From a virus (taxonomy: Duplodnaviria > Heunggongvirae > Uroviricota > Caudoviricetes), in IMG/VR virus record IMGVR_UViG_2554235189_000012, positions 1 through 17,836 of that record: a DNA stretch of 17,836 bases; one strand, 5' to 3'. Below are positions 1-7,020 of this stretch, one piece after another (within the stretch, counting starts at the first letter, position 1; each line of letters begins with the position of its first letter). Made by a program: the position numbers and the translations under genes. A model generated the notes under the pieces. That model ran no database searches. It saw only the letters and a list, made by a program, of their open reading frames with translations, and had not been told where the DNA came from.

Positions 1-1248
1 ATGGCACTGAATATTCCATTCAGAAATGCGTACTATCGTTTTGCATCCAGTTACTCATTTCTCTTTTTTATTTCCTGGTCGCTGTGGTGGTCGTTATACG
101 CTATTTGGCTGAAAGGACATCTAGGGTTGACAGGGACGGAATTAGGTACACTTTATTCGGTCAACCAGTTTACCAGCATTCTATTTATGATGTTCTACGG
201 CATCGTTCAGGATAAACTCGGTCTGAAGAAACCGCTCATCTGGTGTATGAGTTTCATCCTGGTCTTGACCGGACCGTTTATGATTTACGTTTATGAACCG
301 TTACTGCAAAGCAATTTTTCTGTAGGTCTAATTCTGGGGGCGCTATTTTTTGGCTTGGGGTATCTGGCGGGATGCGGTTTGCTTGATAGCTTCACCGAAA
401 AAATGGCGCGAAATTTTTATTTCGAATATGGAACAGCGCGCGCCTGGGGATCTTTTGGCTATGCTATTGGCGCGTTCTTTGCCGGCATATTTTTTAGTAT
501 CAGTCCCCATATCAACTTCTGGTTGGTCTCGCTATTTGGCGCTGTATTTATGATGATCAACATGCGTTTTAAAGATAAGGATCACCAGTGCGTAGCGGCA
601 GATGCGGGAGGGGTAAAAAAAGAGGATTTTATCGCAGTTTTCAAGGATCGAAACTTCTGGGTTTTCGTCATATTTATTGTGGGGACGTGGTCTTTCTATA
701 ACATTTTTGATCAACAACTTTTTCCTGTCTTTTATGCAGGTTTATTCGAATCACACGATGTAGGAACGCGCCTGTATGGTTATCTCAACTCATTCCAGGT
801 GGTACTCGAAGCGCTGTGCATGGCGATTATTCCTTTCTTTGTGAATCGGGTAGGGCCAAAAAATGCATTACTTATCGGAGTTGTGATTATGGCGTTGCGT
901 ATCCTTTCCTGCGCGCTGTTCGTTAACCCCTGGATTATTTCATTAGTGAAGTTGTTACATGCCATTGAGGTTCCACTTTGTGTCATATCCGTCTTCAAAT
1001 ACAGCGTGGCAAACTTTGATAAGCGCCTGTCGTCGACGATCTTTCTGATTGGTTTTCAAATTGCCAGTTCGCTTGGGATTGTGCTGCTTTCAACGCCGAC
1101 TGGGATACTCTTTGACCACGCAGGCTACCAGACAGTTTTCTTCGCAATTTCGGGTATTGTCTGCCTGATGTTGCTATTTGGCATTTTCTTCTTGAGTAAA
1201 AAACGCGAGCAAATAGTTATGGAAACGCCTGTACCTTCAGCAATATAG
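1..1248 (+). CDS. cscB: Sucrose permease, LacY-family MFS sugar:H+ symporter
   Basis: 415-aa ORF beginning at window base 1 with TAG stop at 1246-1248; strongly hydrophobic multi-TM profile; sequence recognised from memory as E. coli CscB (MALNIPFRNAYYRF...). Confidence 0.9.
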   Translation: MALNIPFRNAYYRFASSYSFLFFISWSLWWSLYAIWLKGHLGLTGTELGTLYSVNQFTSILFMMFYGIVQDKLGLKKPLIWCMSFILVLTGPFMIYVYEPLLQSNFSVGLILGALFFGLGYLAGCGLLDSFTEKMARNFYFEYGTARAWGSFGYAIGAFFAGIFFSISPHINFWLVSLFGAVFMMINMRFKDKDHQCVAADAGGVKKEDFIAVFKDRNFWVFVIFIVGTWSFYNIFDQQLFPVFYAGLFESHDVGTRLYGYLNSFQVVLEALCMAIIPFFVNRVGPKNALLIGVVIMALRILSCALFVNPWIISLVKLLHAIEVPLCVISVFKYSVANFDKRLSSTIFLIGFQIASSLGIVLLSTPTGILFDHAGYQTVFFAISGIVCLMLLFGIFFLSKKREQIVMETPVPSAI

Positions 1249-1257
1249 ACGTAAACT

Positions 1258-1301
1258 TTTTCCGGTTGTTGTCGATAGCTCTATATCCCTCAACCGGAAA
1301 A
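1258..1301. repeat. Perfect 11-bp inverted repeat (TTTTCCGGTTG ... CAACCGGAAAA) with 22-nt loop, 10 nt after cscB stop
   Basis: Read directly from sequence; no U-run on either strand after the stem, so not a classical intrinsic terminator. Confidence 0.5.
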
Positions 1302-1689
1302 TAATAATAGTAAAATGCTTAGCCCTGCTAATAATCGCCTAATCCAAACGCCTCATTCATGTTCTGGTACAGTCGCTCAAATGTACTTCAGATGCGCGGT
1401 TCGCTGATTTCCAGGACATTGTCGTCATTCAGTGACCTGTCCCGTGTATCACGGTCCTGCGAATTCATCAAGGAATGCATTGCGGAGTGAAGTATCGAGT
1501 CACGCCATATTTCGCTATCAGGATTCTGTGTGATGGTTACATCGCCCGGCTCAGGGCTGTTTAGTCATCAGCGCTTTCTGACAGTGCTGAGATTTCAACC
1601 TGTTGCAGTAAAAATGAGTAGATATAAGGCAAGTGTGCTGCCAAACCCATCTTTTACGGGGTGAAGGTAGATTTCGTTTGAAGGGTATC

Positions 1690-1704
1690 TGGTGTCCCCT
1701 GCAG
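1690..1704 (-). other. 15-nt segment matching the 3' end (T-stem/acceptor/CCA) of an Arg tRNA (argW-like), reverse orientation; candidate att core remnant
   Basis: tggtgtcccctgcag is the reverse complement of CTGCAGGGGACACCA, which I recall as the 3' end of E. coli tRNA-Arg(CCU); identity stops after 15 nt, so no complete tRNA gene is present. Confidence 0.4.
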
Positions 1705-1777
1705 ACATCTACTTGAAGCGACAGGGGATTGATTGGAATGGTGTTTTTTAGATGTGAAAAATATTTTACCCGCTATT

Positions 1778-1978
1778 TTACCCATTGGCGCGGCTTAAGA
1801 GCTTATTTTTGAATTCACAATGGTCACGATATAACCATCTTGCTCGCCCGTGGATAACTTTGGCTTTTGGCAGGTCGCCGGACTTAATCCGGTCGTAGAT
1901 GAAGGTTTTACCGAAGCCAGTATCGGCCATGATGAATTTCAAATCAACCAGTGAATCAGGCTGGAGTTCGTGTTGCAT
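1778..1978 (-). CDS. xis: Excisionase-like / AlpA-family small DNA-binding protein
   Basis: 66-aa ORF with GGAG about 9 nt upstream of ATG; motif FIMADTGFGKTFIYDRIKSGDLPKAKVIHGRARW resembles prophage excisionase/AlpA-type winged-helix proteins; located at the prophage-chromosome junction. Confidence 0.5.
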   Translation of the reverse strand: MQHELQPDSLVDLKFIMADTGFGKTFIYDRIKSGDLPKAKVIHGRARWLYRDHCEFKNKLLSRANG

Positions 1979-1997
1979 GAGTGCTATCTCCGAATAT

Positions 1998-2013
1998 GGA
2001 ATCGAACCTGCAA
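1998..2013 (-). other. 16-nt segment matching the T-arm of the same Arg tRNA (reverse orientation), on the other side of xis
   Basis: ggaatcgaacctgcaa is the reverse complement of TTGCAGGTTCGATTCC, the stretch I recall immediately 5' of the 15-nt piece at 1690-1704 in argW; flanks do not continue the tRNA. Confidence 0.3.
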
Positions 2014-2020
2014 ATCAGGT

Positions 2021-2043
2021 AATAAAAAACCGCCATCAGGCGG
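2021..2043 (-). terminator. Putative intrinsic terminator on minus strand (5-bp stem CCGCC/GGCGG, loop TGAT, then TTTTTTATT)
   Basis: Hairpin plus U-run read from sequence; short stem, so moderate confidence; sits at the 3' end of the IS2-interrupted ORF. Confidence 0.4.
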
Positions 2044-2083
2044 CTTGGTGTTCTTTCAGTTCTTCAATACAAATATTGGTTAC

Positions 2084-2088
2084 GTCTG
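2084..2088. repeat. IS2 target-site duplication GTCTG (left copy)
   Basis: Identical 5-bp GTCTG directly abuts both ends of the IS2 element; 5-bp duplication is typical for IS2. Confidence 0.8.
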
Positions 2089-2099
2089 TGGATTTGCCC

Positions 2100-3005
2100 C
2101 TATATTTCCAGACATCTGTTATCACTTAACCCATTACAAGCCCGCTGCCGCAGATATTCCCGTGGCGAGCGATAACCCAGCGCACTATGCGGATGCCATT
2201 CGTTATAATGCTCGAACGCCTCTGCAAGGTTCTTTGCTGCCGTTAACCCGTCTGGTTTGGGCATGATACTGATGTAGTCACGCTTTATCGTTTTCACGAA
2301 GCTCTCTGCTATTCCGTTACTCTCCGGACTCCGCACCGCCGTGTTCTTCGGTTCAAGTCCCAACATCCGGGCGAACTGGCGTGTTTCATTAGCCCGGTAG
2401 CATGAACCATTATCCGTCAGCCACTCCACTGGAGACGACGGAAGATCGTTGCCGAAGCGGCGTTCCACCGCTCCCAGCATGACGTCCTGTACTGTTTCAC
2501 TGTTGAAGCCGCCGGTAGTCACCGCCCAGTGCAGTGCCTCACGATCACAGCAGTCCAGCGCGAACGTGACACGCAGTCTCTCTCCGTTATCACAGCAGAA
2601 CTCGAACCCGTCAGAGCACCATCGCTGATTGCTTTCTTTCACGGCCACTCTGCCTGTATGTGCCCGTTTCGATGGCGGTACAGCAGGTTTTCGCTCAAGC
2701 AACAGCGCATTCTGGCGCATGATCCGGTAAACACGTTTGGCATTGATCGCAGGCATACCATCAAGTTCTGCCTGTCTGCGAAGCAGCGCCCATACCCGAC
2801 GATAACCATACGTGGGCAGCTCTCCGATAACATGGTGTATACGGAGAAGCACATCCGTATCATCAGTGTGACGACTGCGGCGGCCATCCATCCAGTCATC
2901 GGTTCGTCTGAGAATGACGTGCAACTGCGCACGCGACACCCGGAGACAACGGCTGACTAAGCTTACTCCCCATCCCCGGGCAATAAGGGCGCGTGCGCTA
3001 TCCAC
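2100..3005 (-). CDS. insD: IS2 transposase OrfB (DDE integrase-type catalytic domain)
   Basis: 301-aa [26 protein letters not shown]... recognised as IS2 InsD; overlaps the 3' end of insC as expected for an IS3-family -1 frameshift arrangement. Confidence 0.9.
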
Positions 3006-3328
3006 TTTTTTGCCCGTCCATATTCAACGGCTTCTTTGAGGAGTTCATTTTCCATCGTTTTCTTGCCGAGCAGGCGCTGGAGTTCTTTAATCTGCTTCAT
3101 GGCGGCAGCAAGTTCAGAGGCAGGAACAACCTGTTCTCCGGCGGCCACAGCAGTAAGACTTCCTTCCTGGTATTGCTTACGCCAGAGAAATAACTGGCTG
3201 GCTGCTACACCATGTTGCCGGGCAACGAGGGAGACCGTCATCCCCGGTTCAAAGCTCTGCTGAACAATTGCGATCTTTTCCTGTGTGGTACGCCGTCTGC
3301 GTTTCTCCGGCCCTAAGACATCAATCAT
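2963..3328 (-). CDS. insC: IS2 OrfA (HTH DNA-binding protein)
   Basis: 121-aa [44 protein letters not shown]... recognised as IS2 InsC; the ORF-track entry starts 15 codons further upstream. Confidence 0.9.
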
Positions 3329-3419
3329 CTGTTCTCCAATGACTAGTCTAAAAACTAGTATTAAGACTATCACTTATTTAAGTGATACTGGTTGTCTGGA
3401 GATTCAGGGGGCCAGTCTA

Positions 3420-3424
3420 GTCTG
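3420..3424. repeat. IS2 target-site duplication GTCTG (right copy)
   Basis: See left copy at 2084-2088. Confidence 0.8.
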
Positions 3425-3550
3425 CATGTGCTATCTGCGCCCATATCATCCAGTGGTCATAGCAGTCGTTGATGTTCTCTGCTTCGATAACCCTGTCGAA
3501 TGACTCTCCATTCCATTCACCTGTGACTCGGAAGTGCATTTATCATCTCC

Positions 3551-3577
3551 ATAAAACAAAACTCGCCGTAGCGAGTT
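3551..3577 (-). terminator. Putative intrinsic terminator on minus strand (stem AACTCGC/GCGAGTT, loop TACG, then TTTGTTTTAT)
   Basis: 7-bp inverted repeat followed by a U-rich tract on the minus strand, 43 bp downstream of the 3620-3811 gene. Confidence 0.5.
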
Positions 3578-3619
3578 CAGATAAAAGAAATCCATCAATT
3601 GGTTAGGGTTTTTGTAATT

Positions 3620-3811
3620 CTACGAATTATGTTGTTTTTTAGCTTCAGCTTTCCATTCATCAAAGGCAGTGTCTTTGTTCATGGTGCTGATATTGATCTT
3701 ACGGTCAATATCATATACACGCCACTCACCGTTGGGCCTCTCTTCGCATCTAACTAAGTATGAATTGCCATTAATATCTATGCGTCTGTCTATTTGCATG
3801 AACATTTTCAA
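3620..3811 (-). CDS. Hypothetical small protein (63 aa)
   Basis: ORF MKMFMQIDRRIDINGNSYLVRCEERPNGEWRVYDIDRKINISTMNKDTAFDEWKAEAKKQHNS; AGAGGA upstream of a TTG/ATG start cluster; preceded by an AT-rich region with a TATAAT box and followed by a terminator. Confidence 0.45.
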   Translation of the reverse strand: MKMFMQIDRRIDINGNSYLVRCEERPNGEWRVYDIDRKINISTMNKDTAFDEWKAEAKKQHNS

Positions 3812-3874
3812 TTTTCGAATCCTCTTTAATATGCATTTTTTGCTATTTCAGTAGTTTACTATTGATGAGGCGTT

Positions 3875-3880
3875 ATTATA
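3875..3880 (-). promoter_or_regulatory. Candidate promoter -10 element TATAAT on minus strand, upstream of the 3620-3811 gene
   Basis: Consensus TATAAT on the minus strand in the AT-rich 3812-3922 intergenic region; no well-spaced -35 (TTGCAT lies only 12 nt upstream), so weak evidence. Confidence 0.3.
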
Positions 3881-3922
3881 CACACTTCATTAATGCAAGC
3901 ATCTTTATGCTATGCTACTAAT

Positions 3923-4204
3923 TTAGCAATTGATATTCACCTTTATCGCGTATACCTTTACCGGTTTATCACCGAAGTGGGGGTGTGTGATTGTTTTCAC
4001 TTCATATCCTCCATACGGAACATCAATTCTGCGACTGGAGTCGTCGCGCTTCGGATATCCCTTTGTGATAATCAGGCGGTCATACTCCCGGAACATAATT
4101 CGCTTATTCCAATAGTCATTACACAGGCGATACTCTTCCGTTTTCTCCCCGCGAATCATGGCATCGAAGTATTCACCTTTGACGGCAAGTTGTAGGTTAG
4201 CCAC
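3923..4204 (-). CDS. ASCH/PUA-like small protein (93 aa)
   Basis: GTG start preceded by AGGAGG at 6-nt spacing; motif YFDAMIRGEKTEEYR resembles the conserved N-terminal signature of ASCH-domain proteins; start overlaps the stop of the upstream gene. Confidence 0.45.
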   Translation of the reverse strand: MANLQLAVKGEYFDAMIRGEKTEEYRLCNDYWNKRIMFREYDRLIITKGYPKRDDSSRRIDVPYGGYEVKTITHPHFGDKPVKVYAIKVNINC

Positions 4205-4499
4205 GGTTAACCTCCTGCGGAGTAGCCTTTACAAGCACTGGTGTAAATCCATCTTCATTAAGGTTATGAATATAGACTTCTGTTCTCCTGCGCTCTTCAA
4301 CGTTTAATATTGTTTCTGGATCATAAACCCATACTTTCATTCGACTATTCCATGAAGAAATCGCTTCAGATCTAGTTCGTTTTTCTGGTCCTTGGGCACC
4401 ACATTTGCATGACACATAGCGCATTTTCCCTCTGATACTGAATGAGTATCCGATATTAAGCACAGTGGAACCACAGAATGGGCAGCGATATAGATTCAT
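4197..4499 (-). CDS. Lar-family restriction-alleviation-like protein with C-terminal extension (100 aa)
   Basis: N-terminal CPFCGS...(22 aa)...CKCGAQGP...AISSWNSR matches the Lar-family zinc-ribbon pattern; start overlaps upstream stop (ATGA). Confidence 0.6.
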   Translation of the reverse strand: MNLYRCPFCGSTVLNIGYSFSIRGKMRYVSCKCGAQGPEKRTRSEAISSWNSRMKVWVYDPETILNVEERRRTEVYIHNLNEDGFTPVLVKATPQEVNRG

Positions 4500-5029
4500 A
4501 AATCATCCACCTTAGGCGCAGCTGAGACAGCAACATTCCAGAACTCAGAAAACATATTGTATGCACCAGATAGATTGGAAGTGGCATACCCTCCAAGCTC
4601 ACTTCTAATCTGAACGGCTCTCATCATTTCCGGTGCTAACTCCTTCGGCACCATAACCCAACCATCCGGAGTTACCGGAGAGTTGCCCGACAGCTCGTTC
4701 AACTTGTAAGTTTGGCTTACAGGTTCGGCTTCCAGTTCTGCTATGCGCTTTTTTGCTGCTTCCAGCTCGCCAAGCAGCGCCAAGACGGTAGCTGGATTGG
4801 CTGCGGCGATGAATTCAGCATTGGCCTGCTGTTCCATTTGGAAATCTTCATCGAAACCGCTTTCAGGATGCGCTCCTTCAATTCTGCAAATGGGAATATA
4901 TCCAACAACTTCACGATGAATTAGCGCATCACCAGCATCAAATCTCTCCTCTCCATATTCGAGCGACCACACACCACACGTTGCTTTCTCTGCCTTTTCA
5001 CGCAGTGCCTGATAGTCAATCTTGCTCAT
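4496..5029 (-). CDS. Ead/Ea22-like prophage protein (177 aa)
   Basis: N-terminus MSKIDYQALREKAEKATCGVW resembles the conserved N-terminus of Ead/Ea22-like proteins of lambdoid prophages; typical position between xis and the recombination genes. Confidence 0.5.
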   Translation of the reverse strand: MSKIDYQALREKAEKATCGVWSLEYGEERFDAGDALIHREVVGYIPICRIEGAHPESGFDEDFQMEQQANAEFIAAANPATVLALLGELEAAKKRIAELEAEPVSQTYKLNELSGNSPVTPDGWVMVPKELAPEMMRAVQIRSELGGYATSNLSGAYNMFSEFWNVAVSAAPKVDDL

Positions 5030-5030
5030 G

Positions 5031-5330
5031 TCACATCACCCTGAATCCGTTGCATTTACGTAAAAAATCGCAGATATAGCCCTTCATTTTTTCGTGCCAA
5101 TCTCGATCATTCCCATTGCACCAACCATAAGGTGGAGTCCAGTTTTCTATCAGAGCAGCCATTTTCTTTGCTTTTGCAGGAGTAGCTGTTGCGGTATCGC
5201 AGTAATGACGAGTGTCGATCAACGTATCCATACCATCGATATCAAGTACGCAAAACCATGTGTGATTCGGCATTTCAACAGATGGTATTTGTTGCCCACG
5301 TCGACGTTTATCAATAAGACATACAGTCAT
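5031..5330 (-). CDS. Hypothetical protein (99 aa)
   Basis: ORF with AAGGTGG upstream of ATG; start overlaps upstream stop (ATGA); no family recognised. Confidence 0.5.
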   Translation of the reverse strand: MTVCLIDKRRRGQQIPSVEMPNHTWFCVLDIDGMDTLIDTRHYCDTATATPAKAKKMAALIENWTPPYGWCNGNDRDWHEKMKGYICDFLRKCNGFRVM

Positions 5331-5872
5331 GGTTCCACCTTCTCTATTTGCTTAAGACCGTCTCTCACTGCATTAAGTACGCGTTCCAGATACTGGTATT
5401 TCGGGTTTGGTGCCGTTGGCCAGTCGGCATACCACGGATCATCACCAAAGAGATTCAGCAGTTTGTTACCGACACCGAAACAACAGCAGCTTTCTTTTAC
5501 GTCATCGGCGTTTTCCGCCTCGTCCCACATTTCGCGAGCCTGTACCGCGTCGATTTCTCTCTCTCTTCGTAAATTTATGATTTCTGACTTCACGAAAAGC
5601 AGATTTGCATCGTTGTCATCGTCGACCGTGCTTCGCAGTTGAGGGTCGAAATAGCCGATTAGATACTCGTTGCTGACCCGCTTAATGAACGTCTGCACAT
5701 CATCACCGCCCATAGCAAACCAAGCCGCAGTCCACGCTTTTCCGTAGCAGGTGATGGTGATTCTTCCCTTACCAGGTTCGTAGTTTTCAATCATCACTCG
5801 AACCGGATCTAGTCGCTCTGCACCGGTTATAACGAATGACAACACATCAATCTTTTCAACCGTTACACTCAC
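5327..5872 (-). CDS. Hypothetical protein (~181 aa, GTG start)
   Basis: The ORF track extends this frame to 6064, but that extension overlaps the Lar-like gene at 5856-6092 in another frame; AGGAGG lies 6 nt upstream of an in-frame GTG at 5872, the start preferred here. Start remains uncertain. Confidence 0.45.
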   Translation of the reverse strand: MSVTVEKIDVLSFVITGAERLDPVRVMIENYEPGKGRITITCYGKAWTAAWFAMGGDDVQTFIKRVSNEYLIGYFDPQLRSTVDDDNDANLLFVKSEIINLRREREIDAVQAREMWDEAENADDVKESCCCFGVGNKLLNLFGDDPWYADWPTAPNPKYQYLERVLNAVRDGLKQIEKVEP

Positions 5873-6092
5873 TGGTTGCCTCCTTTGCTCGCTGATTCCA
5901 CTCTGCTCTAACCTCTGAATAAAAAATCGCGCAGTCATTTCCAGGCGCTGCATATTTGCTACCAGATTGAGCGCGACACGTACCGCATCGAACGAAATAG
6001 AATCGACCGCCAGAGCCATATTCAGGGTGATCTGCTTCGCTGGCAACGTGCGCTGCGCCGCCACAGAATGGACATGGTAGTAGGTTGCTCAT
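5856..6092 (-). CDS. Lar-family restriction-alleviation-like protein, second paralog (78 aa)
   Basis: [16 protein letters not shown]...FYFVRCGTCRAQSGSKYA...AEWNQRA matches the Lar zinc-ribbon pattern; GAGGGAG upstream of ATG at 6092; start overlaps upstream stop (ATGA). Confidence 0.55.
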   Translation of the reverse strand: MSNLLPCPFCGGAAHVASEADHPEYGSGGRFYFVRCGTCRAQSGSKYAAPGNDCAIFYSEVRAEWNQRAKEATSECNG

Positions 6093-6565
6093 GAATGCAC
6101 TCCCTCGTGAAGCTGTTCCGCACAATGCAGCAGGGCGTCCGTCGCTTCTTTCACCGTAACGATATCGCCATCGTCCAGCCCGGCAACCGTCGCGTCCTTA
6201 ACGAACACCGAGCAAAGGTCATTAAACGCCTGCGCCCGTACTTCAGCCAGAAAAGCATCGGTAGCTGGAGTTTCAGTAACATCATCTTCCCATTCGCTAA
6301 ACTCCTCACGACAAAAGTCATTAAATTCCTTCTCAGATTGCTTAAGCGATGTATTTTCAGCAGCCATCTTCGCGCATTTAGCCTCAAGGTTATCAATCGT
6401 GATTCCAGCAGAACGACACTCCCGCAACGCAGTTTCCAGTTTTGATTCAAGCTCACCGAACTTACGCACCAGATATTCAGCGTTTGTTTCGTTAACCTTT
6501 AAATCTCGTGGGATGCATTTACCTTTCAGAAAACCATCCATCTCAATTAGTGACATTTGTTTCAT
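6089..6565 (-). CDS. Hypothetical, predicted coiled-coil protein (158 aa)
   Basis: [19 protein letters not shown]...; heptad-like charged repeats; no family recognised. Confidence 0.5.
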   Translation of the reverse strand: MKQMSLIEMDGFLKGKCIPRDLKVNETNAEYLVRKFGELESKLETALRECRSAGITIDNLEAKCAKMAAENTSLKQSEKEFNDFCREEFSEWEDDVTETPATDAFLAEVRAQAFNDLCSVFVKDATVAGLDDGDIVTVKEATDALLHCAEQLHEGVHS

Positions 6566-6726
6566 TTCTTCCCACTCCGCAACATTGCATTCAGATATTT
6601 GTTGTCATTAACAGAACCGAAACTCTTTCTCTTAAGCAATTCCTCTCTCGATGGCATTGGCTTTACGCGTTGGCGAATAATCATTTCTGCCGGAAGAATG
6701 CCGGGATTGTATGCAAGTCCTCTCAT
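6562..6726 (-). CDS. Hypothetical small basic protein (54 aa), below ORF-track size cutoff
   Basis: ATG at 6726 overlaps the stop of the upstream gene (ATGA), and its own TGA overlaps the ATG of the downstream gene; [54 protein letters not shown]; exactly fills the gap between two called genes. Confidence 0.35.
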   Translation of the reverse strand: MRGLAYNPGILPAEMIIRQRVKPMPSREELLKRKSFGSVNDNKYLNAMLRSGKK

Positions 6727-7004
6727 GATTTACTCTCAACGAACTGGTCAATAGCCATGCTAAGTGACATACCTAAAGTTTCGATATGCTGCTGAATATC
6801 CTGTAGCGTCTGCGCCTGAGATAACAGGATTTCACGGTTGCATAACTCTTTAACCAGATGCTCAAACTTGCTGTAATAACCGATACGACTTAGTGTTTCT
6901 TTCCCTGCATTCTCTCCTTCTTTGATAATTCCTCTTTCGCTAAGAATCAGGTCGTGTTTGGTTCCGGTAATAACGTATTTTCCGAGGTCGATGTTTAGCT
7001 TCAT
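6723..7004 (-). CDS. Hypothetical protein (93 aa)
   Basis: ORF with GGAG upstream of ATG at 7004; no family recognised. Confidence 0.5.
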   Translation of the reverse strand: MKLNIDLGKYVITGTKHDLILSERGIIKEGENAGKETLSRIGYYSKFEHLVKELCNREILLSQAQTLQDIQQHIETLGMSLSMAIDQFVESKS

Positions 7005-7020
7005 TGTTAATTACTCCATG

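Larger units (their letters stand above)
2089..3419 (-). mobile_element. IS2: Insertion sequence IS2 (IS3 family), complete, 1331 bp
   Basis: Ends TGGATTTGCCCC... and ...GGGGGCCAGTCTA match the IS2 inverted repeats as I recall them; contains InsC and InsD ORFs; length 1331 bp; flanked by 5-bp direct repeat. Confidence 0.95.
2036..3539 (-). pseudogene. Small phage ORF (~55 aa) interrupted by IS2
   Basis: Removing IS2 and one GTCTG copy joins 3420-3539 and 2036-2088 into one frame: MHFRVTGEWNGESFDRVIEAENINDCYDHWMIWAQIAHADVTNICIEELKEHQAA; GGAG upstream of ATG at 3539. Confidence 0.5.

Noticed and set aside
350-998. Short ORFs inside cscB (350-553 +, 532-717 -, 780-998 -)
   Set aside because: Alternative-frame or antisense ORFs within the well-supported cscB coding sequence.
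1703-1754. Intrinsic terminator downstream of xis (inverted repeat ACATCTA...TAGATGT with nearby T-run)
   Set aside because: The 7-bp arms are separated by a ~38-nt loop and the T-run is not positioned after a stable hairpin; more likely att-region repeat structure than a terminator.
1249-1777. Possible integrase remnant or intact tRNA gene in the cscB-xis spacer
   Set aside because: Translating all frames gave no integrase-like motifs and only very short ORFs; the tRNA match is limited to 15 nt with no cloverleaf, so no integrase pseudogene or tRNA gene is called.
1899-2960. Plus-strand ORFs crossing or inside IS2 (1899-2129, 1970-2266, 2529-2960) and minus-strand 2639-2932
   Set aside because: They cross the IS2 boundary or lie antisense/out of frame within insD; these are artefacts of the insertion junction.
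5094-5642. 182-aa ORF on the plus strand
   Set aside because: Antisense to two well-supported, translationally coupled minus-strand genes; Ser/Cys-rich low-complexity translation; no RBS.
5873-6064. N-terminal extension of the 245-aa ORF-track entry 5327-6064
   Set aside because: Overlaps the Lar-like gene (5856-6092) over ~190 nt in another frame; an in-frame GTG at 5872 with AGGAGG 6 nt upstream gives a start consistent with the coupling seen elsewhere in the operon.
6151-6456. 101-aa minus-strand ORF and overlapping plus-strand ORFs 6095-6445 and 6399-6611
   Set aside because: Embedded in alternative frames of the 6089-6565 gene; Arg/Leu-rich composition typical of out-of-frame translation; no independent start signals.
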